Shown in pieces: positions 1 to 7,851 of a stretch of 14,547 nucleotides of DNA. Source of the stretch: Sandaracinaceae bacterium (GTDB lineage Bacteria; Myxococcota_A; Polyangia; Polyangiales; Sandaracinaceae); assembly GCA_044220955.1 (NCBI GenBank), contig JBGAQA010000044.1, positions 38,678 through 53,224 on the forward strand, read 5' to 3'. Numbering within the stretch: the stretch's first letter is position 1; the number at the start of each line of letters is the position of its first letter. The notes under the pieces were generated by a model. The model saw only the letters and a list, made by a program, of their open reading frames with translations. It did no database searches and was not told the DNA's origin. A program made the translations under genes and the position numbers.

Positions 1-354
1 CTCGGCGACGCAGGCGACGCAGGTGTGGTCGCCCGCCGTGTCGCAGACGCGCGCGGTGCCTGCGGTGCAGTCGCTCGAGCCGAGGCATGCGACGCAGGTC
101 TCCGTGGTCGGCAGGCAGCGCGGCGTCGCGCCGCCGCAGGCGCCGTTGCAGGGCACGTGCGCGTCCGCGCTGCTGTCGACGCCCATGTCGCGCATGGGGC
201 CGGTGTCCATGTCCGCGTCGCGCGTCCCGCCGTCGCCGCCCGCATCGACGTCCTGGCACAGCGGATCGGTCGGGCGCGACGAGCACGGCACGACCGAGCC
301 GGTGCAGGCGACGAGCACAGCGCACAGGAGCAACGAGCATGTCAGACGAATCAT
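1..354 (-). CDS. Cys-rich repeat lipoprotein, 5' part only (continues past the left edge)
   Basis: Not in the ORF track because it has no stop in the window. Hand translation from ATG 354: MIRLTCSLLLCAVLVAC-TGSVVPCSSRPTDPLCQDVDAGGDGGTRDADMDTGPMRDMGVDSSADAHVPCNGACGGATPRCLPTTETCVACLGSSDCTAGTARVCDTAGDHTCVACVAE. It has an LVAC lipobox, an Asp/Gly-rich linker and CVxC...DC...C...CVxC repeats. A purine-rich RBS (GAGGGAGAG) lies upstream, and the gap to the upstream stop is 13 nt. Confidence 0.85.
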   Translation of the reverse strand, partial: MIRLTCSLLLCAVLVACTGSVVPCSSRPTDPLCQDVDAGGDGGTRDADMDTGPMRDMGVDSSADAHVPCNGACGGATPRCLPTTETCVACLGSSDCTAGTARVCDTAGDHTCVACVAE

Positions 355-367
355 CGGTCTCTCTCCC

Positions 368-1369
368 TCAAAACGAAATGGCGAGGCCGTCCGCGGTGAA
401 GGCGACCGCGGGCGCGCTCGCGCCGCTCGACGTCACACCGACCACGATCAGCACGACTCCCGCGACGAGCGCGACACCGCCCGCGACGGCGAGCGCCACG
501 TCCGCCGCCGTGTTCGGGACGTAGACCGTGCGGCTCGCAGCAGGCCCGCCGCACGCGCTCGCGCAGTGCTCGCTCGTCGCGACGTTGGCCAGTCCAGCGA
601 CGAGCAGCCCCGCCCCGGCGGCCGCCGTCACCGCGCCGGCCACGATCAGCCCGACGTCCGGGCCCGCGCCGGGCGTCGCGGGCGCCGTCACCGGCGCGTC
701 GCTCCCGGGTGCGAGCGCGAACGCGATCTCCAGCGCCTCGGTCGCCGCCGGGATCTCCACGTCGCGTCGCTCCGTGACGTGCCCGTCCGCGCTCACCACG
801 AAGTGATGCGTGCCGGGTGCGAGCGAGCCCTCGTGCGGGAGCGTGCCCCAGGGCTCGCGATCCACCGTCACCGTCGCGCCGTCCGGCGTGCCCACCACGC
901 GCACGGGCGATCCGCTCCGCGTCGCCCAGCGCGCGCGCGCCTGCGAGAGCGCCGCCTGCGTGAGCTGGCCGATCACCGTCGCCGCGCCGTCGGCGTCGGC
1001 CGAGACCTGCACGCCCTGCGGGTCGACCAGCACCACCGAGACCTGCACGAGGCCGTGGCGCGGCCAGAGCGCGACGCCCACCGCGAGGTCCGCGCCGAGC
1101 GCCCGCAGCATGGGCCCGGCGCAGCTCGGATCGGCGCACTCGTCCGCGTGCGCCGCGCGCATCGCCGACGCCAGCGCCGCGCCCGAGACGAGCGTGAACC
1201 CCGACTCGCCGAGGTCCGACTCCACGCGCGCGATCGCCTCGGCGCCGTTCGCCGACGCCAGCGCCGCATCGCCCCCCACCGGAAACACCACGGCCGTCTG
1301 CGCCGAGGCGACCGACGAGGACGCCCCCAGCGACACGAGCGACAAGAAGAAGACGAGAGCTCGACTCAA
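368..1369 (-). CDS. PEGA-domain envelope protein (333 aa) with signal peptide and C-terminal hydrophobic hairpin
   Basis: This is the 3' part of track ORF 368..2686. The likely start is TTG at 1369, which overlaps the upstream TGA (TTGA) and follows GGAGG by 6 nt. Signal peptide MSRALVFFLSLVSLGASSSVASA-Q; PEGA-like segment VRVVGTPDGATVTVDREPWGTLPHEGSLAPGTHHFVVSADGH; two Gly/Ala-rich hydrophobic segments around a CxxxC loop; ends GLAISF. Confidence 0.8.
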   Translation of the reverse strand: MSRALVFFLSLVSLGASSSVASAQTAVVFPVGGDAALASANGAEAIARVESDLGESGFTLVSGAALASAMRAAHADECADPSCAGPMLRALGADLAVGVALWPRHGLVQVSVVLVDPQGVQVSADADGAATVIGQLTQAALSQARARWATRSGSPVRVVGTPDGATVTVDREPWGTLPHEGSLAPGTHHFVVSADGHVTERRDVEIPAATEALEIAFALAPGSDAPVTAPATPGAGPDVGLIVAGAVTAAAGAGLLVAGLANVATSEHCASACGGPAASRTVYVPNTAADVALAVAGGVALVAGVVLIVVGVTSSGASAPAVAFTADGLAISF

Positions 1370-3126
1370 AACACGCCTCCCAGGCTCAAGGACGCGCCCG
1401 TCGCGCTCACGCTCGCGCTCGGGGTCACGCTGCCACCACCACCACTGCCGCCGACGGCGCTGCGGATCAGCAGCACGAAGGGCACGGCGAGCAGCGGCGC
1501 GCCCATGCTCGCGATCGCCGACCCCTGGTCCGCGAGCGCCGTCGCGCCCACGCACGCGTCGGTCGGTCGAGCGTTGCCGCACGTCCCCGAGGTCAGCGCG
1601 ATCGCGACGCCCGTCGCGACCGCCGCCACGCCGACGGCGCCGATGACCCAGCTCCACCATGGTGCGCCGTCCTCGTCGCCCATCACGAAGGGCAGCGCGG
1701 CCGTCCCCAGCGCGCCGCCCACCCAGCCGAGCGCCAGCGCGGGCAGCTCGAGCCCCGTCCACTGGCTGCGGCGAGAGAGGTAGTCCGGGTCCGTGACGAG
1801 CGGCTGCGTCGCGAGGTGCCCGTAGCCCTGCGCGGTGCTCACGAGCGCGAAGCTCGCGACGTAGCCGCCGATGCCGAGCACGCCGAGCCCGATCCCGACG
1901 CCGAGCTCCCAGCCCGCGCGGCCCGGGCCGCTCGACGCGCGCGCGCCGCCCGCCGCTCCGCGCGCCGCAGGGCCGGACGCGCCCCACGCGCGCATCGGGG
2001 CCGGCTCGACGCCGGTGCGGTCCTCGCTCTCGCCGCGGGCGAGCGACGCGATCGATCCCGCCAGGCCCGCGGCCGTGTGCGTGCGCACCGACGCGAGCAC
2101 CGCCGACGACGAGACGCTCACCCGGTCGAGCCGCACGACGTCGTCGGCGCCGTCGGAGCTCGGCTCGACCGAGAGCAGCCACACCTCCGCGGCGCCGATC
2201 GTGTTGGCCGCGGCCACCGCGTCGCGCAGCCGCCGCGCGTCGGCGTCCGCCTGCGTGGCGTACGCGAGCCGCAGCGCCGTGTCCGTGCGGACGATCGCGT
2301 CGAAGCGCACGTCGATCCGCACCGTCGAGGTGCCCTCGGCCAGCCGGATCCGGTGGATGCGGCCGCGCGAGGTGGCCCCGTCGTCGCCGCACTCGATCTG
2401 CGCGCGGTACTCGCCCGTCGCGAGATCCTCGCTGATGAACGGCGTCTCGCCGAGCGGGATGCCGTTGAGGCGCACGCGACAGCCGGTCGGCTGGCTCTCG
2501 AGGCGCAGCGAGCCCGGCGGGGCCTCGGCGAGGCGCCGGTCGACGCGCGTCATGAGCTCGACGACCTCGGGCGTGTGGATGTAGGGAGAGGGCGCGATGC
2601 GCGGCACCAGACGCCGGCACTCCATCGCGCGCGTCTCGGCGCGAGGATCCTCCTGCTCGACCAGCCCGCGCACGTCGAAGAGGCACGTGTCGAGCACCTG
2701 GCGCGCGCGCGACTCCTCGCGGTTGAGCTCCGCCGCCGCCGGCTCCGAGAGCGCCTGCGCCTCGCGCAGCGTCGCGGCCGCCGCGGCGTAGTCGGCGTTC
2801 GCCAGCTCGCGCACCGCGCGCCGCGAGAGCGCGAGCCAGTGGTCCAGGTCGCTGTCCGACATCGTCGGCGGCTCGGCGGAGCCGTGCTCCTCGAAGCGCG
2901 CGCGGGCGTCGGCGATCGAGATGGGCGAGACGTCACCCGTCGAGAACGCGCCCACCACGCTCTCGGCGCGCGCCGCGAGGGTCGCTCCGTCCGCGTCCCC
3001 GACCGACCAGGGCAGCACGAGCACCGTCCGCGCCTGGGCGTCCACGCTCGCCGGGAGGAGCGAGCAGAGGCCCAGGAGAAAGACGCATGCGACGCGCGCG
3101 CGCGCCAGGGGTGATCGAGGTGTCAT
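1366..3126 (-). CDS. PEGA-domain envelope protein (586 aa) with a helical TPR-like region and C-terminal hydrophobic segments
   Basis: Signal peptide ending VDA-Q; helical region (ADYAAAAATLREAQAL); PEGA-like GSLRLESQPTGCRVRLNGIPLGETPFISEDLATGEYRAQIEC; about four Gly-rich hydrophobic segments; ends SLSLGGVF. Its amino-acid composition is protein-like, unlike the overlapping Arg-rich frames. Confidence 0.8.
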   Translation of the reverse strand: MTPRSPLARARVACVFLLGLCSLLPASVDAQARTVLVLPWSVGDADGATLAARAESVVGAFSTGDVSPISIADARARFEEHGSAEPPTMSDSDLDHWLALSRRAVRELANADYAAAAATLREAQALSEPAAAELNREESRARQVLDTCLFDVRGLVEQEDPRAETRAMECRRLVPRIAPSPYIHTPEVVELMTRVDRRLAEAPPGSLRLESQPTGCRVRLNGIPLGETPFISEDLATGEYRAQIECGDDGATSRGRIHRIRLAEGTSTVRIDVRFDAIVRTDTALRLAYATQADADARRLRDAVAAANTIGAAEVWLLSVEPSSDGADDVVRLDRVSVSSSAVLASVRTHTAAGLAGSIASLARGESEDRTGVEPAPMRAWGASGPAARGAAGGARASSGPGRAGWELGVGIGLGVLGIGGYVASFALVSTAQGYGHLATQPLVTDPDYLSRRSQWTGLELPALALGWVGGALGTAALPFVMGDEDGAPWWSWVIGAVGVAAVATGVAIALTSGTCGNARPTDACVGATALADQGSAIASMGAPLLAVPFVLLIRSAVGGSGGGGSVTPSASVSATGASLSLGGVF

Positions 3127-3282
3127 GAAGACGGTTGTCGAACGCTCCCCCGAGTCGTTGCGCCCTCCGGGAGCCAGCGGCGGCGGACCTTAGCCGGAAA
3201 TCGGCCCCGTTCCACGTTTTCGCGGGCCGTGCCGGAGGTGCATGCGCGGGCGATCCGTGGCACAGACGGGCTGCTTTTTTCC

Positions 3283-3290
3283 GGGGAGGA
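3283..3290 (+). promoter_or_regulatory. Shine-Dalgarno site for the 3296 start
   Basis: GGGGAGGA lies 5 nt upstream of ATG 3296. Confidence 0.7.
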
Positions 3291-3295
3291 CTCGC

Positions 3296-5071
3296 ATGCG
3301 CTCGCTCGACCGTGGCACCGTCGTTCGGGGGGGCCTGACCCTTCTCTGGCTCGCCGCAGGCTGCGCCCCGACGACGGCGACGTGCGGGGTGGGCTTCACC
3401 CTGCAGGCCGACGGTCGCTGCGTCGCGAACGAGGACGCGGGCGGCGGAGCCGACGCGGGCCCGAGCCCGGACGGCGGCCCGGACGGCGGCAGCGACGCTG
3501 CGACGGCGCGCGACGCCGGCGGCGGCACCGACGCGAGCACCCTCCTCGACTCCGGTCAGGGTCGGGACGCGTTCGTCGCCCCGGTCGATGCGGGCACCGA
3601 CGCGTTCGTGGACCCGATCGACATGGGCACGGACGCGTGCGTGCTGACGACCTACTACCAGGACGGCGACGGCGACGGGCACGGCAACCTGGCCTCCTCG
3701 ACGCAGGCGTGCAGCATGCCGGGCGGGTACGTGACGTCGAGCGACGACTGCGACGACACGACGGGCACGCGCCACCCGGGCCTCGCCGAGACCTGCGACG
3801 CGGTCGACAACGACTGCGACGCCACCGTCGACGACGGCTTCCCCTGCGTCCAGGGCGCGGCGTCCGTCGCGTGCACGACCAGCTGTGGCTCGACGGGAAC
3901 CGGCAGCTGCACCGCGAGCTGCGCGCTCCCGACGGGCGCCGCGTGCACGCCGCCGATCGAGACGTGCAACAACGTCGACGACGACTGCGACGGACTGATC
4001 GACGATGGCGTGCGCCGCTTCGGCCCGCGCCGGGACCTCGGCGCCGGCACCTCGGGGATCGTCGCGCTCCCGACCTCGACCGGATACGTCGTCGTCTACA
4101 ACACCGGCAGCGGGATCCGCGCGCGCCGCCTCGACGCGACGGGCGCGCTCGTCGGCGCCGAGGCCAACCTCGTCGGCTCCTCGGTGTTCTCCGCGACGGT
4201 CAGCGGAAACAACCTCGTCCTGGCGTACATGGTCGGCAGCGCGCTCACGGCGGCCGTGTACGACGCGAGCACGCTCGCGACGCTCACCGCGGCCACGACG
4301 ATCACGACGGCGACCGGGACCACCGAGATCCGGGTCGTGGCGACGGCCACGAGCGCCAGCTTCGTCACGACGGACGGGATCGCCGTCTCCTTCACGAGCC
4401 GCTCCATCCCGACGCTCGCGGGCACCGGCGGCCTCGTCTCGATCGACGGGAACATGCGCGGCGACTTCGACGCCGTGGCGCAGGGCACGCACGCGTACGT
4501 CGCGTTCGTGGACACGACGTACAACGTCGAGGTGCGGGGCTTCACGATCGGCGGCCCGGTGGACGGCGCGATCACGGCGACCCTGGCGAGCGGCGGCGCG
4601 CCGTACCGTCGTCCGGCCGTGCACGTCGCGTCCGTGGCCGGCACGAGCCGGCTCGGTGTCACGTGGGAGCACAACGGTGGGACCCCCTCGACCCAGCACT
4701 ACTACTTCGCCACGTTCGATGTCTCGGGCACGGGCACGCTCACGGCCCACACCACGGCGAGCGCCGTGCTCATGGGCATCAACGCCGTCACGCCGACGAG
4801 CGCGGGCGAGAGCCGCGCGCTCGACCTCACGTACACGAACGCGCGCTGGGTGGTGAGCTACCTTTCCGGCACGAGCTCGAGCACGTGGTCGATCGTCGAG
4901 GTGCAGGAGGTCAGCGGCGGGATCAGCGCCAGCACGGCCGTGCAGGTCGAGACGACCGGCACCGACAACCGCGGCGTCGCCATGGCGCCCGGCACCGGCG
5001 CGCAGCTGCTCGTCTCCGCGAGCCAGACGGCCGCGGCGGCCCGCGCGTACCTCTGGGCCTGTGGCAGCTGA
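3296..5071 (+). CDS. Lipoprotein with putative metal-binding motif repeats (Cu-binding_MopE-like) and a beta-rich C-terminal domain (591 aa)
   Basis: Start moved from 3242 to ATG 3296 because of the RBS. Lipobox LAAG-C; D-A/M-G-rich linker; motifs YYQDGDGDGHG...DCDDTTGTRHPGLAETCDAVDNDCDATVDDG and ETCNNVDDDCDGLIDDG; Thr/Val/Gly-rich C-terminal region of about 340 aa. Confidence 0.8.
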   Translation: MRSLDRGTVVRGGLTLLWLAAGCAPTTATCGVGFTLQADGRCVANEDAGGGADAGPSPDGGPDGGSDAATARDAGGGTDASTLLDSGQGRDAFVAPVDAGTDAFVDPIDMGTDACVLTTYYQDGDGDGHGNLASSTQACSMPGGYVTSSDDCDDTTGTRHPGLAETCDAVDNDCDATVDDGFPCVQGAASVACTTSCGSTGTGSCTASCALPTGAACTPPIETCNNVDDDCDGLIDDGVRRFGPRRDLGAGTSGIVALPTSTGYVVVYNTGSGIRARRLDATGALVGAEANLVGSSVFSATVSGNNLVLAYMVGSALTAAVYDASTLATLTAATTITTATGTTEIRVVATATSASFVTTDGIAVSFTSRSIPTLAGTGGLVSIDGNMRGDFDAVAQGTHAYVAFVDTTYNVEVRGFTIGGPVDGAITATLASGGAPYRRPAVHVASVAGTSRLGVTWEHNGGTPSTQHYYFATFDVSGTGTLTAHTTASAVLMGINAVTPTSAGESRALDLTYTNARWVVSYLSGTSSSTWSIVEVQEVSGGISASTAVQVETTGTDNRGVAMAPGTGAQLLVSASQTAAAARAYLWACGS

Positions 5072-5076
5072 GCGGC

Positions 5077-5131
5077 GACGAGCGGCCCCTCACCCAACCG
5101 TCTCCCCGCGGGCGCGCGGGCGGGGAGAGGG
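5077..5131 (+). repeat. REP-like palindromic element, copy 1, between convergent genes (possible terminator or mRNA-stabilising hairpin)
   Basis: Sequence GACGAGCGGCCCCTCACCCAACCGTCTCCCCGC-GGGCGCGCGG-GCGGGGAGAGGG. There is a perfect 9-bp stem, TCTCCCCGC (5101-5109) with GCGGGGAGA (5120-5128). It resembles, from recall, the widespread CCCTCACCC...CCTCTCCC...GGGAGAGGG repeat type. Confidence 0.65.
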
Positions 5132-5139
5132 CTCTCGAA

Positions 5140-6057
5140 TCACATCAGCAGGCGCGCGGCGGGGCGCTTCAGCGCTCGCAGGGCGCGCTGCATCTCCTGG
5201 GCGTCGGCGAAGCGCTCCTTGGGCTTCTTGGCGAGCGCCTTGTGGACGAGCGCGTCGAGCTCCGGGCTGACCTCGAGCTCGGGACGGCTCTCGGCGAGCG
5301 GCGGCACGGGCGCGAGGGCGTGCGCGCGGATCATGTCGGAGATCTCCTCGGCCACGAAGGGCCACGCGCCGGTGAGCAGCTCGTAGAGCACGACGCCCGC
5401 CGAGTACACGTCGCTGCGCTCGGTCGCCTCCTCGCCGTAGCCCTGCTCCGGAGCGATGTAGGCGGGGCTCCCCATCAGCGTGCCCATCGCCGTGAGCACG
5501 CTCGATGGGCCCAGGCTCGCGTTCGAGCCGAAGCGAACGAGGCCGAAGTCGATGAGCTTCACGCGCTCGAGCCCGTCGTTCGTCGCGAGGAAGACGTTCT
5601 CGGGCTTCACGTCGCGGTGGATGATGCCGTGCGCGTGCGCGCAGCCGAGGCCGGCGAGCAGCTGGTCGGCGATCGCGAGCGCGCGGGCCGGCTCGAGGCG
5701 CGTCTCGACGAGCAGCGACTCGAGCGTCCGACCGACGAGCAGCTCGGTGACGAGGTAGGGGATCTCGAGGTCGACCCCGAGCGCGACCACGCCCAGCACG
5801 TTCGGGTGGCGCAGCTCCGCGAGCGCGCGCGCCTCGCGGTCGAAGCGCTTGCGGAGATCGGGGCGATCGAGCGCCTCGCCGCGCAGGAACTTCAGCGCGA
5901 CCGGCGCGCCCCCGCGCGCGGGATGGCCGCGGAAGACGATGCCCATCGCGCCCTCGCCGAGCACGGCGTCGAGCACGAAGTCGCCGACGGTGTCGCCCGG
6001 CCGGTGCAGCTCGTCTCCGCTCGCGGGGAGAGGATCGTGTGAGGGGCCGCGCGTCAT
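5140..6057 (-). CDS. Cytoplasmic Hanks-type Ser/Thr protein kinase (kinase domain only, 305 aa)
   Basis: LGEGAMG, VALK, HRDVKPEN, DFG, GSPAYIAPE and SDVYSAG are all intact. No transmembrane segment. The start overlaps the upstream stop (ATGA, 6054-6057). Confidence 0.93.
   Translation of the reverse strand: MTRGPSHDPLPASGDELHRPGDTVGDFVLDAVLGEGAMGIVFRGHPARGGAPVALKFLRGEALDRPDLRKRFDREARALAELRHPNVLGVVALGVDLEIPYLVTELLVGRTLESLLVETRLEPARALAIADQLLAGLGCAHAHGIIHRDVKPENVFLATNDGLERVKLIDFGLVRFGSNASLGPSSVLTAMGTLMGSPAYIAPEQGYGEEATERSDVYSAGVVLYELLTGAWPFVAEEISDMIRAHALAPVPPLAESRPELEVSPELDALVHKALAKKPKERFADAQEMQRALRALKRPAARLLM
6011..6055 (-). repeat. REP-like element, copy 2, inverted relative to copy 1 and inside the 5' end of the kinase ORF
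   Basis: Minus strand 6055 to 6018 reads GACGCGCGGCCCCTCACACGATCCTCTCCCCGCGAGCG, 32/38 identical to plus strand 5077-5114. The second hairpin arm is degenerate (GCGGAGACGA). Confidence 0.65.
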
Positions 6058-7769
6058 TCGGGCGCGAGGCTCTCGCGCAGCGCGGTGAGGCGCTCACGCG
6101 CCGCGTCGTCCCGGACCTCGCCGAGGACGCGCGTGACCTCGTCTCGCGCCTCTGCGCCGTAGATCTCGCGCACCATCGGCGCGGCCTCGTCGCCGTGGTC
6201 GGCGCGCGCGGCGATGGTGACGAGGTCGTGGCGCATCGTGGGATCGAAGCGTGCGTCGGGATCGACGTTGAACGCGTGCTCGTAGCGGTGGAGCGCGTCG
6301 CCGTACGCGTGCGCGATCACCTCGGCGTGACCGAGCAGGAGCAGGCCGCGCGGGTCGTGCGGGTGGTTGCTCGAGAAGCGGAAGAGCAGCGCCCGCTGGT
6401 CCGGGGTGATCTCGCGCTCGTCCCGGACGCGCGCCTCGATCGGGGCGAGCTGCGGCGGGATCGGCTCGGCCCAGGGGTCGGGCTGGCCGCTCGGCGGCGG
6501 CGGGGCGACGACCGTGCTCGCGCTCGCGGGTGGGGCGACCACGCTCGGCGGAGCCGGCACGGGCGCCGAGGTCGGGACCGGATCGGTGACCGCGATCGGC
6601 GCTCCGGAGCCACGCCCGTAGCCGATCACCACCACGGCCACGATCGACGCGATCCCGATCGCGATCATCCAGCCGGGCCCCCGTCCGGGGGTGGGGGCCG
6701 CGCCCGGCTCCGCGCGACGCGGCCCGGTGGCGGTGGCGCCCGACGGTCGTGGCGGCGGCACCGTCACGGCGACGCTGGGGCTCGACACCGGCACGTCCGA
6801 GATCGTCACGTGGATCGAGTCCGTCTTCGTGGAGGGATGGCCCGGCTCGCTCGGCAGAGGGAGCGCCGGCGTCGACGCGCGCGGGGCGAGGCCGTCGAGC
6901 GCGGCGGCCATCTCCGCCGCGTCGGCGAAGCGGTCTGCCTTCGACTTCTCGGTGGCGCGCAGCACGATCGGCTCGAGCAGCGTCGCGGCGGCCGAGTGGG
7001 GCGAGAGCTCGCTCATCTTCGGCAGCGGCTGCAAGAGGTGCTTGCGCAGCACCTCGGCGCCGTCTTCCGCCGTGAACGGGCGCCGCCCGGTGATCATCTC
7101 GAAGAGCACGATGCCCAGCGAGTACACGTCGGCGCGCGCGTCGACGACGGACGCGGTCGCCTGCTCGGGGGACATGTACGCGGGCGTGCCGATGACCATG
7201 CCCGCGCGTGTCACGGTGGCGTGCGCGCCCTCGCCGTCGACGAACTTCGCGAGCCCGAAGTCGAGCACGCGCACCACCTCGCCGATCTCCGGCACCCGCT
7301 GCAGGAACACGTTCGCCGGCTTCAGGTCGCGGTGCACCAGGCCGATGCCGTGCGCGTACGCGACCGCCCGGAGCACGTCGCGGAAGATCGGCACGATCCG
7401 CTCGGGCGGCAGGCCCTCGTGGATCGCGGCCTCCAGCGTGCGGCCCTCGAGCAGCTCCATCACGAGGAAGGGCAGCTCCTCGTCGACGCCGTAGTCGATC
7501 ACCGAGACCACGTTCGGGTGCGCCAGCCGCGCGAGCGAGCGCGCCTCGCGATCGAAGCGCGTGCGCAGCTCGTCCTTGGTCACGTGATGCTGGTGCATCA
7601 CCTTGATCGCCACCGGCCTCCCGAGGCGCAGGTGTGTCCCGCGGAAGACCTGCCCGAGCCCGCCCTCGCCGAGCAGCGCGTCGATGCGGAAGCGCCCGTC
7701 GAGCACACGGCCGATCATCGCCGGCGGCATCGGCGGCGGGGGCTCGGTCTTGGCGAGCGCGGAGGACAC
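6054..7769 (-). CDS. Membrane-anchored Hanks-type Ser/Thr protein kinase with Pro-rich linkers and a TPR-like C-terminal domain
   Basis: LGEGGLG, VAIK, HRDLKPAN, DFG, GTPAYMSPE, ADVYSLG; TM segment WMIAIGIASIVAVVVIGYG; TPR-like HDPRGLLLLGHAEVIAHAYGDALHRYEHAFNVDP. The track start at 8180 overlaps the hydratase gene and is unlikely. The start is uncertain among GTG 7775, GTG 7769, ATG 7730 and ATG 7718. Confidence 0.88.
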   Translation of the reverse strand: MSSALAKTEPPPPMPPAMIGRVLDGRFRIDALLGEGGLGQVFRGTHLRLGRPVAIKVMHQHHVTKDELRTRFDREARSLARLAHPNVVSVIDYGVDEELPFLVMELLEGRTLEAAIHEGLPPERIVPIFRDVLRAVAYAHGIGLVHRDLKPANVFLQRVPEIGEVVRVLDFGLAKFVDGEGAHATVTRAGMVIGTPAYMSPEQATASVVDARADVYSLGIVLFEMITGRRPFTAEDGAEVLRKHLLQPLPKMSELSPHSAAATLLEPIVLRATEKSKADRFADAAEMAAALDGLAPRASTPALPLPSEPGHPSTKTDSIHVTISDVPVSSPSVAVTVPPPRPSGATATGPRRAEPGAAPTPGRGPGWMIAIGIASIVAVVVIGYGRGSGAPIAVTDPVPTSAPVPAPPSVVAPPASASTVVAPPPPSGQPDPWAEPIPPQLAPIEARVRDEREITPDQRALLFRFSSNHPHDPRGLLLLGHAEVIAHAYGDALHRYEHAFNVDPDARFDPTMRHDLVTIAARADHGDEAAPMVREIYGAEARDEVTRVLGEVRDDAARERLTALRESLAPE

Positions 7770-7851
7770 GGCCACAGAGCGTAACGACCTCGGCCGATCG
7801 TCGCGAGCGCGAAAACGCGCGATCGCGCGAACGTGTAGCATCGGGACCGCC

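Noticed and set aside
1370..2686. 5' extension of ORF 368..2686 as one 772-aa protein
   Set aside because: The extension overlaps the 586-aa gene out of frame and is low-complexity. A signal peptide and RBS begin at TTG 1369.
3258..3275. Possible sigma-54 promoter TGGCACAGACGGGCTGC
   Set aside because: GG-to-GC spacing is 9 or 12 nt rather than the required 10.
3430..4010. Repetitive GACG-rich DNA as a CRISPR or tandem array
   Set aside because: Explained by Asp/Gly/Cys-rich coding sequence. There is no fixed repeat-spacer period and no cas gene.
5077..6055. Calling the repeat-bounded kinase an IS or transposon
   Set aside because: No transposase and no target-site duplication. Kept only as a hypothesis in findings.
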